Source: Pseudomonadota bacterium | GTDB taxonomy: Bacteria > Pseudomonadota > Gammaproteobacteria > Diplorickettsiales > Diplorickettsiaceae | Assembly (NCBI GenBank): GCA_040390025.1 | Contig: JAZJZD010000001.1 | Location: forward strand, 1-56,822 | Direction of reading: 5' to 3' | Length of the DNA stretch: 56,822 nt | Notes under the pieces: generated by a model | The model's database searches: none | What the model was told of the DNA's origin: nothing | Seen by the model: only the letters and a program-made list of their open reading frames with translations | Translations under genes and position numbers: made by a program | Part shown: positions 32,594-41,024 of the stretch, one piece after another | Layout: each line of letters begins with the position of its first letter | Numbering within the stretch: the first letter of the stretch is position 1

Positions 32594-32799
32594 ATTTGAT
32601 ATAAGTTATTTTTTTCTTTTAAGTATTCCAGTCCAGGCCGTTGTTAACGGATGCGCTTTTTTGCGGACTAAATTTTATTGCGTCTAATCATTGAGCAGCG
32701 AAACTAATGCGAAGTTTAAAAAGCGCATTATATGGATTTTCATTGCTTCCAATACGTAGATATTATAAAAATAGCAAACATTTTTATTAGGAGAAAAAA

Positions 32800-33141
32800 A
32801 TGTTAAAAAAACTTATATTTATCACTCTGTTTTTATTTAGTTCTTCAGTTTTAGCTTTGAATGTAGACGTCACCTATAATGGGGCAGAAGGTTGTAATAA
32901 AAAAATACCTATATATTTAAAGGGCAGATTCCAAACTGTTAAAAGTTTAAAAAGTGAAATTTCTGCAAGGATAAAAGAAGAAAATAGGAAGTTTGATTTA
33001 GTTAAGCAAAGAATTTACTGTGGTCAAGGACAGCGCGAGTTGGATGACAGGGAAATTGTTGGCAGTTGTTCAAATGGTCAAGGTGGTAGTGGAATAGGGG
33101 CTGTTCAAGTTGAGTTAAAACTTAAAGAAGATTATAGATAA
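32800..33141 (+). CDS. small secreted hypothetical protein (113 aa) with signal peptide and 4 Cys
   Basis: MLKKLIFITLFLFSSSVLA signal sequence. No known motifs. Confidence 0.5.
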   Translation: MLKKLIFITLFLFSSSVLALNVDVTYNGAEGCNKKIPIYLKGRFQTVKSLKSEISARIKEENRKFDLVKQRIYCGQGQRELDDREIVGSCSNGQGGSGIGAVQVELKLKEDYR

Positions 33142-33175
33142 TTTTATCTAAATATTAAAAGTTAAGTTATATGCC

Positions 33176-33292
33176 GCTCGGTACCTGAAGATGCGAACCT
33201 TTCAAACTCATAGCGAGCGGTATACCTAATTACATGCGTATGGGAGAACACACTTTCGCGTGCGGAAGAGGATTCAACGAATAGCATTCCAA
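33176..33292 (+). repeat. MITE/REP-like element, truncated copy C (same orientation as copy B)
   Basis: GCCGCTCGGTACCTGAAGATGCGAACCTTTCAAACTCATAGCGAGCGGTATACCTAATTACATG... is collinear with 21378-21460 of copy B. The distal hairpin module is missing. Confidence 0.7.
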
Positions 33293-33294
33293 GT

Positions 33295-34128
33295 TTATTC
33301 TTGTTTTTGAAATTCATCGGCTAAATCTCCAGCGCGTTGTTTGGCTGTTTGCATTGCTTTTTCAATTAACTCAGAAAATTGGCCTTTTTCTAAAATCTCT
33401 ATTGCAGCTTGCGTTGTTCCACCACGGGAAGTGACGTTTTGCCTTAACTGTTCTACGGCTACGTTGCCACTTTCAGTCGCCATACGAGCAGCACCGAGTG
33501 CAGTTTGTCGACTTAATAAAGATGCAGTTTCTTTGGATAATCCAAGTTTAGCACCTGCATTTTGTAATGCTTCTATTAATAAAAAAAAGTAAGCTGGACC
33601 GCTACCAGATAGTGCGGCGATACTATCTATTTCCTCATCAGAATTAACCCAGACGATAACTCCTATACTGTTAAAAATTGATTCAGTAATTTTTTTTTGT
33701 TCCTGCGAACAGCTGGAGTTTGCAAATAAGCCTGTTGCGCCACACTTTAGCAGTGCAGGCGTATTTGGCATGCTGCGGATGAGTGCAATTGAGGTATCTT
33801 GTAGATAGTTTTCCAGTGTTTTTAGATTTATTGCGGCTGCGATTGAAATAACCAAAGGTTTTTTTTTACGAATAAGATTAGCAATTTCTATTGCTACTTT
33901 TTTTAAAATTTGGGGTTTTACAGCTAATACAATAATATCGGCGTTGCTAACCGCTAAGCAGTTATCAGTGCTAATATTAATATTTAAGTTTTTAAGTTTA
34001 TTGAGTTTATCTAAATTGGTATTCGTAGCCCAGATATTTTTTGCTTCGTATCCGTCCGCCAATAGTCCTTGGATTATGCTGTTGGCCATATTCCCTGCGC
34101 CAATAAAGCTAATTTTTAAATTTTTCAT
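33295..34128 (-). CDS. proC: pyrroline-5-carboxylate reductase
   Basis: N-terminal Rossmann IGAGNMA and the family length and pattern (277 aa). Confidence 0.9.
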   Translation of the reverse strand: MKNLKISFIGAGNMANSIIQGLLADGYEAKNIWATNTNLDKLNKLKNLNINISTDNCLAVSNADIIVLAVKPQILKKVAIEIANLIRKKKPLVISIAAAINLKTLENYLQDTSIALIRSMPNTPALLKCGATGLFANSSCSQEQKKITESIFNSIGVIVWVNSDEEIDSIAALSGSGPAYFFLLIEALQNAGAKLGLSKETASLLSRQTALGAARMATESGNVAVEQLRQNVTSRGGTTQAAIEILEKGQFSELIEKAMQTAKQRAGDLADEFQKQE

Positions 34129-34180
34129 AGGGTATTCACAAAATTAAGTATTGGTTTTTCAGTTTTTTTCTTAGCATTTT

Positions 34181-34852
34181 TTATTGTTTTAAATAATTAT
34201 CAAGACGTTTTAACTCATTTAAGGTTCCAACGTTAAACCAATTGCCTTGATAATATTCACCTGTGATCTTTTCTTCATTGATACGTTTTTGGAATACTTC
34301 TGACAAAGGAAAGCGTTTAGTATTGTAACCATTAAAGAAGGAAGGATGATAAATACCAAAGCTTGCAAAGGTAAGTTTTGGTCGACCGTCTAATGTTAAA
34401 AACGTATTAGCTTGTAAATGAAAATCGCCCTCAGGGTGAAAGCTAGGGTTATCGACTAAGACAAGATGTGCTTGCGCAGGGTTGCGAAGTAGATGGCTTG
34501 ATAATTTTTCTAACGGATAATCTGTCCAGATATCAGCACTTAATACGAGAAAAGGCTCATTTCCTAACAAAGGTAATGCTTGACGAATGCCCCCCCCTGT
34601 TTCAAGCACAGTGGGTTCTTCAGAGTATTCGATGGCTACGCCATAATCATAACCATTTCCCAATGCTTCTTTGATCTGTTGCGCGTGATAGGAGACATTA
34701 ATGACAATTTCTTTGATATTAGCACTTGCTAGCTTTAACAGTTGATGAACGATAAAAGGTTTGCCAGCTATAGGTAATAAGGGCTTGGGTATTTTGTCAG
34801 TCAAAGGTTGCATACGTGAACCGCGACCTGCAGCAAGTAACATGGCTTTCAT
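34181..34852 (-). CDS. murU: N-acetylmuramate alpha-1-phosphate uridylyltransferase-like nucleotidyltransferase
   Basis: N-terminal LAAGRGSRMxPLT sugar-nucleotidyltransferase motif. ATGA overlap with the upstream APH-fold kinase gene, as in the Pseudomonas amgK-murU pair. Confidence 0.7.
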   Translation of the reverse strand: MKAMLLAAGRGSRMQPLTDKIPKPLLPIAGKPFIVHQLLKLASANIKEIVINVSYHAQQIKEALGNGYDYGVAIEYSEEPTVLETGGGIRQALPLLGNEPFLVLSADIWTDYPLEKLSSHLLRNPAQAHLVLVDNPSFHPEGDFHLQANTFLTLDGRPKLTFASFGIYHPSFFNGYNTKRFPLSEVFQKRINEEKITGEYYQGNWFNVGTLNELKRLDNYLKQ

Positions 34853-35862
34853 TTCTTTCCTGTTTCACTCAGTTTATTGTGACTATTTAATTGTAATAAT
34901 TGTTTTAGTTCGTTAAGTTCAGGATATTTTTCGCAGGTTTTTTGGAGATAGTGAAGAAGACGGTCAGTGGCGCTGGAAAGGTAGTGAGGTTTATTATCTC
35001 GGTAAGAAAGGCGTGCAAAAATACCTAATATCTTTAAATGCCGTTGTACGCCCATTAGGTCAAACCATCGCATAAATTCTTCTTTAGAAAATTGATAATG
35101 TGGTCTTAGCATATGGTGGAAATGTAATATCCACTTTTCTACTTGAGATTCTGGCCAATCGATATAGGCATCTCGTAATAATGAAACAGCATCATAAGTA
35201 ATAGGGCCATAGACGGCATCTTGAAAATCTAACACACCGACTTCTTTCTTATCTATTAATAATAAATTACGGGAATGGTAATCGCGATGTACACAAACAC
35301 TGGGTTGCCCGAGTGCTGAAGTAATCAATATTTTGAAGATACTCTCAAGCGAGGCTTTAAATTCAGCTGTTATATTGAGTTTTAAATGTCTATCTAAAAA
35401 CCAATCGGCGAATAGATTTAATTCAAAACGGATAAATTTCTCATCAAATAAACCTAATGGTTGATTATTAGCTAGTATGGGTTTGCAGTTTTGTATTTTA
35501 GGGACGACAGCAAGCGCACGTGTATATAAGTCATCGACATTTTCTGTATTCAACAGCTTTAAATATAGAGCATCTCCGAGATCGCTGAGCAAAATAAAAC
35601 CTTGATCGAGATTATATTTAAGGATTTTAGGGACATGGATTCCTTGTTGTAAGAAGTTTTTTGCAATAGCGATAAATGCACTTATGTCTTCTTTGTCCGG
35701 AGGAGCTACCATTACTACGTAGCTTTGTTCATTTATAAGTACCCGAAAATAGTGGCGAAAACTTGCATCAGCAGCTAAAGGTTGGAGCTCGAAGTTGTCT
35801 AGTAAACAATCTGTTGTTAACCAATTCTTTAGCGTTAGTAATTCAGTTGGGGTAGTTGGCAT
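34849..35862 (-). CDS. amgK: anomeric MurNAc/GlcNAc kinase-like (aminoglycoside phosphotransferase fold)
   Basis: APH catalytic loop VHRDYHSRNLL and DFQD metal-binding motif. Translationally coupled to murU. Confidence 0.7.
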   Translation of the reverse strand: MPTTPTELLTLKNWLTTDCLLDNFELQPLAADASFRHYFRVLINEQSYVVMVAPPDKEDISAFIAIAKNFLQQGIHVPKILKYNLDQGFILLSDLGDALYLKLLNTENVDDLYTRALAVVPKIQNCKPILANNQPLGLFDEKFIRFELNLFADWFLDRHLKLNITAEFKASLESIFKILITSALGQPSVCVHRDYHSRNLLLIDKKEVGVLDFQDAVYGPITYDAVSLLRDAYIDWPESQVEKWILHFHHMLRPHYQFSKEEFMRWFDLMGVQRHLKILGIFARLSYRDNKPHYLSSATDRLLHYLQKTCEKYPELNELKQLLQLNSHNKLSETGKK

Positions 35863-36027
35863 GTAATAAGTCTTAAGTTAAAGAATAAAGGTAACTTGGC
35901 TACTAATAAGTATTTTACACTGGAACGAACTTGATTATCTATAAGCTTACCCAGTAGTATAGACAGCGTACTACAGCTATGACTTTTGATTTCTTGGCGT
36001 AATGTTTATAATTTTATAGGGTATGAT

Positions 36028-36969
36028 ATGTATCATGGCAGCATAGTCGCGTTATTAACCCCCATGCAGGAAAACGGGGATGTTGATTATCCTTGTTTGC
36101 GTGAATTGGTTAAGTGGCATATTGCACAAGGTACTGATGCTATTCTTGTGATGGGAACGACCGGAGAACCAGCAACGCTTAAGGCCGAAGAGCAAGAAAA
36201 CGTTATTAGAGCCGTTGTAGAGCAGGCTTTGGGGCATAGAACTATTAAATATGTGCCTGTTATCGCGGGTACCGGATCAAATTGTACTCAAAGTACGATA
36301 GAAAAAACACGAAAGGCTATGGAAATAGGGGTTGATGCGTGTTTGTTAGTGGCACCCTATTACAATTGCCCTACACAAGAAGGACTTTTCCAGCACTATC
36401 GAACAGTTGCAGAGAAAGTTCCTATTCCGCAAATTTTATATAATATTCCGAAGCGAACGGGGGTTGATTTATTGCCTGAAACAGTGGCGAGATTAGCAGG
36501 CATTACTAATATTGTCGGTATAAAAGAAGGCCAGCTAGAGCGTGCGAAGGAAATTATAAAGCTCTGCGGGACGAACATTGATGTATATAGCGGGGATGAT
36601 AGCAGCGCTTTGGAAATTATACGTTTGGGTGGGAAAGGAGTGATTTCAGTACTGGCTAATTTATTACCTAAGGTAATGCACGATTTTTATGAAGCCATAA
36701 AAAAAGCCTATAGCGTAGGAGGCGAAGCTGATTGGAGTGAAGTTGAAACGATAGATAAGGAACTTCAACCACTCTATAAGGATTTATTTATTGAAACAAA
36801 TCCTATTCCGGTTAAATGGTTGGCTGCTAATTTTTCTGTAAAAAATGATCAACACTTAATCCCAACCGCCCAGCTTCGTTTGCCTTTGACGACTTTATCC
36901 ACGGCACATCAAGCCGCTTTAAAGCCAACTCTGGATTACTTAAAGACTTTTACTAAATCATCGCCATGA
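36028..36969 (+). CDS. dapA: 4-hydroxy-tetrahydrodipicolinate synthase
   Basis: MYHGSIVALLTPM N-terminus and GTTGE motif. The ORF extends upstream to 35986, but the Met at 36028 is the likely start. Confidence 0.9.
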   Translation: MYHGSIVALLTPMQENGDVDYPCLRELVKWHIAQGTDAILVMGTTGEPATLKAEEQENVIRAVVEQALGHRTIKYVPVIAGTGSNCTQSTIEKTRKAMEIGVDACLLVAPYYNCPTQEGLFQHYRTVAEKVPIPQILYNIPKRTGVDLLPETVARLAGITNIVGIKEGQLERAKEIIKLCGTNIDVYSGDDSSALEIIRLGGKGVISVLANLLPKVMHDFYEAIKKAYSVGGEADWSEVETIDKELQPLYKDLFIETNPIPVKWLAANFSVKNDQHLIPTAQLRLPLTTLSTAHQAALKPTLDYLKTFTKSSP

Positions 36970-37193
36970 AGTTATCTTTTTTATTACTCCTAAGTGTTTT
37001 TATTACTTTGACAGGTTGTACTTCTGTTAATGATTATATCAAGACGCGTAAATCCCAATATTTAAATAGTCAAGATCTCGGGCCTTTAAAACTAACTAAC
37101 GGTTTAAAAATAAATCAATCGCGTTATATAATACCCGCAGCTCAAGCAGTCAAACCCACTGAATTGCCTAATTTATATCCTCCAACGGATTAA
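36966..37193 (+). CDS. small lipoprotein (75 aa), positional equivalent of BamC/NlpB N-terminal region
   Basis: Lipobox LTGC. The gene immediately follows dapA with a 4-bp overlap, the conserved dapA-bamC arrangement of gammaproteobacteria. Only the unstructured N-terminal segment length is present. Confidence 0.5.
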   Translation: MKLSFLLLLSVFITLTGCTSVNDYIKTRKSQYLNSQDLGPLKLTNGLKINQSRYIIPAAQAVKPTELPNLYPPTD

Positions 37194-37332
37194 GTTGCTA
37201 GCTTTACATGAGTTAGTCTTAATGCGAAAAATTGGATGTGGGTGTAGTGCGCGACGCTGGTTTTTTGCGAAACAGAATTTACCTGACTAGATGAAGTCAA
37301 GTCCATAACGCAAGTCCAGAAAGAGATTTATT

Positions 37333-37423
37333 GGAGAGGTACCAAAGCGGCCATAATGGCGCCGACTCGAAATCGGATGAGGATGTAAATCCTACGTGGG
37401 TTCGAATCCCACCCTCTCCGCCA
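37333..37423 (+). tRNA. tRNA-Ser(CGA)
   Basis: GGAGAGG acceptor, long variable arm, anticodon loop CTCGAAA (anticodon CGA), T-loop TTCGAAT, 3' CCA encoded. Confidence 0.9.
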
Positions 37424-37435
37424 GCTTAGTCGCTT

Positions 37436-38011
37436 TTACGCTTTTACTGTGCTTTTTTGCAGAGAAATGCGTTCAAGAGGCTCATAAGTTTGGTTATATT
37501 CAGTTTTTTTACTGTTAAATAATACAATTTCATCAATTTGCATAGATTCAATATTTAATTTTAATTCTTCTCGCAGATTGGGTACATGATGATGGTTAAT
37601 TTGGCCTAATATTAAATAGGGCAAGTAAGGTTTTGTTTCTGGTGTAAAACCTAGTTTTGCTGCAACTTCTTCGAGTGCGTAGGCTAATTCAAAAAGCTCA
37701 GAAAACGCAGCAATTTCAGCTACAATAGTTCGAGGTGCAGTAGGAGAAGGGTGAAACCGAATATTGATTAATTGTAAAGGAAAAGAAGCGATTTTTTTAA
37801 TTGCTTCGCGTGAGCGCTCAATGAGGATGGGTAGGAGCGAGGGTTTAGTAGGCCCTAAAAAACGCAATGTAACATGCAGGTTTGTATTCCACATAACCCG
37901 TTTTCCCCAGGGTTCTTGCTTTAATTCTTCGATCAGTTGAGATAGGGCTTGGTGTAATTCAGGATTTAGTTTAATGCCAAAAAATAAATGTAATGGATCA
38001 TGAGTACTCAA
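37436..38011 (-). CDS. thpR: 2H-phosphoesterase family protein (RNA 2',3'-cyclic phosphodiesterase/LigT-like)
   Basis: First H-x-T-x motif LHVTLRF is present. The second motif position reads YLILGQ rather than HxTL. Confidence 0.65.
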   Translation of the reverse strand: MSTHDPLHLFFGIKLNPELHQALSQLIEELKQEPWGKRVMWNTNLHVTLRFLGPTKPSLLPILIERSREAIKKIASFPLQLINIRFHPSPTAPRTIVAEIAAFSELFELAYALEEVAAKLGFTPETKPYLPYLILGQINHHHVPNLREELKLNIESMQIDEIVLFNSKKTEYNQTYEPLERISLQKSTVKA

Positions 38012-38316
38012 GTGTAGCTTCCTTACTAAAGACTATGACATTTAGACAGTACGATATTTTAATGCAAAAAGACAGAGATTTCTATCCAATAAAAATTTCT
38101 ATACTGCAGATAATTGCACAACCACCCATTATAACCTAATATATTGAAATTATTTTGTCAGTTATTGACGATAAACCCTGTAAACTTATACTTAAAAAAG
38201 GTTATTATTGTTTTAGAGTATAATACTTTAATCTTTAGATTGATTTTTTTATGTCTGTTTATCAATATTAGGTTATAATAATAAAATATATTAATCTCGT
38301 TTTAGTTAACCCCCCT

Positions 38317-39696
38317 ATGATTATCGATACTACCTTGCTATCCCGAATTCAGTTTGGGTTTACAATAGGCTTCCATATCTTGTTTCCTACGCTCAATGTT
38401 GGTTTAGCTGTTTTTTTGTCAATCATGGAGGGTTTGTGGTTAAAGACAGCCAACACGGTTTATCTAAAAATATGTCAATTTTGGACTAAGATCTTCGCAC
38501 TAACATTTGGTATGGGTGTAGTTTCGGGCATTGTGCTTGCCTATGAATTAGGTACTAATTTTGGTCCCTTTATCCATATAGCGGGGGGGGTATTAGGCGC
38601 TTTATTTGCTTATGAAGTATTAAGCGCATTTTTTTTGGAAGCTGGCTTTTTAGGGGTAATGTTGTTTGGGTGGGACAAAGTAAGTCCTAGATTGCATTAC
38701 GCAGCAACATTACTGGTTACATTGGGCACTACCATTTCTGCTTTTTGGATTCTATCTGCTAATTCTTGGATGCAAACACCAGCAGGTTTTCACGTTGAAG
38801 CGGGTAAGTATGTTGTCGATAATTGGTGGGCAGTAGTATTTAATCCATCGGCCATGCCACGTTTTTTCCATATGCTCATGGCTTCTTACTTAACGACTTG
38901 CTTTGCCGTTGCAGGGGTATCAGCTTGGTATTTACTGAAGCAAAGACATCTAGAAATAGCAAAAACTTGCTTTTCGTTCGCACTTGGAGCTGCTATTTTT
39001 CTTGCCCCGGCCCAAATTTTATTAGGGGATATGGTCGGATTAAGAGTCCATGAATATCAACCGCTTAAAACAGCAGCAATGGAAGGAAATTGGCAGACGC
39101 AAAACGGGGCGCCCTTAATTCTTTTTGCTATACCAGATAGCCAACATGCAAAAAATCATTATGAAGTTAGCATTCCAAAACTTGCAAGTCTTATTAATAC
39201 GCATCACTGGGATGGGAAGTTAATCGGCTTAAAAAGTGTGTCTGCAAAAGATAGACCCGTTGTAGGATCTACTTTTTGGATGTTTCGTGTGATGGTAGGA
39301 ATTGGTTTTTTATTCTTCTTAGCGGCCTTAATTGCTTTATGGTTACGTTTTCGCGGTCGGCTTTATCATTATCAAGGATTCTATCGTTTCTGTATCTGTA
39401 TAGCGCCACTTGGATTTTTGAGCACAATTGCTGGCTGGGTAACAGCAGAGTCAGGCCGTCAACCGTGGATTGCTTATGATTTAATTCGTACCTCACAGGG
39501 TGCATCTTTAGTTCCTTTACATCAAGTTATTGTATCTTTAGCGTTGTTAGTAATTGTATATGGTGTCGTATTTAGTTTTTATTTGTTCTATCTTTTTAAA
39601 GTAATACGCACAGGACCTGCGCCGCTAACGCATGATACTAGTAAGGATGTGATGACAGAAACTCCCTTTAAATATATGGCGCCTGAGGGTAAATAG
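38317..39696 (+). CDS. cydA: cytochrome bd ubiquinol oxidase subunit I
   Basis: Q-loop and haem-ligand-containing helices. 459 aa. Classical CydA N-terminus (LSRIQFGFTIGFHILFP). Confidence 0.95.
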   Translation: MIIDTTLLSRIQFGFTIGFHILFPTLNVGLAVFLSIMEGLWLKTANTVYLKICQFWTKIFALTFGMGVVSGIVLAYELGTNFGPFIHIAGGVLGALFAYEVLSAFFLEAGFLGVMLFGWDKVSPRLHYAATLLVTLGTTISAFWILSANSWMQTPAGFHVEAGKYVVDNWWAVVFNPSAMPRFFHMLMASYLTTCFAVAGVSAWYLLKQRHLEIAKTCFSFALGAAIFLAPAQILLGDMVGLRVHEYQPLKTAAMEGNWQTQNGAPLILFAIPDSQHAKNHYEVSIPKLASLINTHHWDGKLIGLKSVSAKDRPVVGSTFWMFRVMVGIGFLFFLAALIALWLRFRGRLYHYQGFYRFCICIAPLGFLSTIAGWVTAESGRQPWIAYDLIRTSQGASLVPLHQVIVSLALLVIVYGVVFSFYLFYLFKVIRTGPAPLTHDTSKDVMTETPFKYMAPEGK

Positions 39697-40689
39697 ATGT
39701 TATTAATTCTAACGTGGGCCGTGATCATTTCTTTTATTATCATGATGTATGTGCTGCTTGATGGTTTTGATTTAGGTATAGGTATTTTATTTCCCTGGAT
39801 TAAGCACGGTCAGTATCGCGACATTATGATGAGTAGTGTCATACCAGTTTGGGATGGAAATGAAACCTGGCTAGTATTTGGCGCAGCGGCTTTATATGCT
39901 GCTTTTCCATTAGCTTATGCCACGCTATTACCCACACTCTACATGCCTATTATGATTTTGTTGGTTTCTTTAATCTTTCGTGGGGTAGCTTTTGAATTTC
40001 GATTTAAAGCCCAGCGTAGCCAATTCATTTGGGACATTGCTTTTGCAGTAGGCTCGACATTAGCGGCCTTTATTCAGGGGGTTATTTTAGGTACCTTTGT
40101 AAAAGGATACGGCGAACAGTTACCTCTGCCTCATGCCGCGTATCAATGGCTAACACCTTTTAGCGTTTTCACAGGCCTTGCGGTTGTTTGCGGATATGCA
40201 TTACTTGGGGCTACCTGGTTGATTGTAAAGACTGAAGGCAATCTACAAGACCAACTCTATAAAGCAGCGAAAATTTTATTAGGATTAGTTGCATTCTTTT
40301 TAGTTGCTGTGAGTATTTGGACACCCTTTATTGAGCCAAACGTTATGAAGCGTTGGTTTACTTTACCTAATTTTTTCTACTTGTCTCCGTTGCCACTTTT
40401 AGCAATAGTGACAGTAGCTTATACTTTTTTTTGTTTACAAAATCGTAGAGAAAAAGCCCCTTTTGTTTTAAGCATGGGTTTGTTTGTTCTTGCTTATATT
40501 GGTTTTTGTATCAGTGCATGGCCTTACATTATTCCGCACGTCGTTCCGGTCTGGGAAGCGGCTGCGGCGCCTTCTACTTTAAAGTTTATTTTAGTAGGCG
40601 CAGTAATTTTGTTGCCTATCTTATTGGCTTATACGGTTTATTCGTACCATGTTTTTCGTGGTAAAGTAAAAGAAGTGATTCACTATTGA
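39697..40689 (+). CDS. cydB: cytochrome bd ubiquinol oxidase subunit II
   Basis: Immediately follows cydA. 330 aa polytopic protein with the WDGNETWL motif. Confidence 0.9.
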   Translation: MLLILTWAVIISFIIMMYVLLDGFDLGIGILFPWIKHGQYRDIMMSSVIPVWDGNETWLVFGAAALYAAFPLAYATLLPTLYMPIMILLVSLIFRGVAFEFRFKAQRSQFIWDIAFAVGSTLAAFIQGVILGTFVKGYGEQLPLPHAAYQWLTPFSVFTGLAVVCGYALLGATWLIVKTEGNLQDQLYKAAKILLGLVAFFLVAVSIWTPFIEPNVMKRWFTLPNFFYLSPLPLLAIVTVAYTFFCLQNRREKAPFVLSMGLFVLAYIGFCISAWPYIIPHVVPVWEAAAAPSTLKFILVGAVILLPILLAYTVYSYHVFRGKVKEVIHY

Positions 40690-40851
40690 AATTTAAATTT
40701 TTTCAAAGTAGTCGTTAATGTTGTTAACGAGTAAGAATTGAAAGTTAGGTTCTATATCAAGTGGGGTAATAGTTTTGGACAGAGGGTCAATGAGCATTTT
40801 TGAACTATTTTTAACACCATTGACTGTCTCAATGAATCTCTTAAGGTACTT

Positions 40852-40959
40852 ATGAAAAAACGTACTCGTCAGTGGCTCTGGTTCATTGGCCTATATATTG
40901 CGGGCGTTGCAACAGTTGCAGTTGTATCTACGCTATTACGTTGTTTAATTCCACATTAA
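40852..40959 (+). CDS. unannotated 35-aa single-TM micro-protein, DUF2474-like cyd-operon accessory peptide
   Basis: ATG...TAA ORF encoding MKKRTRQWLWFIGLYIAGVATVAVVSTLLRCLIPH. Basic N-terminus + WLW + one TM helix. The position downstream of cydB is typical of DUF2474 peptides. Below the ORF-track length cutoff. Confidence 0.5.
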   Translation: MKKRTRQWLWFIGLYIAGVATVAVVSTLLRCLIPH

Positions 40960-41024
40960 ATTTCTATTTACATCCATTACACTTGGAATTGTGAGCTTGC
41001 AATTCCAAATGCATCCTCTAAATT

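Noticed and set aside
32640-32735. Long-range inverted repeat ATGCGCTTTTTT ... AAAAAGCGCAT (about 60 nt apart) downstream of pckA
   Set aside because: It could be a terminator-like structure, but the arms are short and A/T-rich and chance occurrence is plausible. It is not distinctive enough to call.
38230-38260. Possible FNR half-sites (TGTCT-GTTT-ATCAA) upstream of cydA
   Set aside because: Only one half-site matches the TTGAT-N4-ATCAA consensus. This is too weak to call in an AT-rich promoter region.
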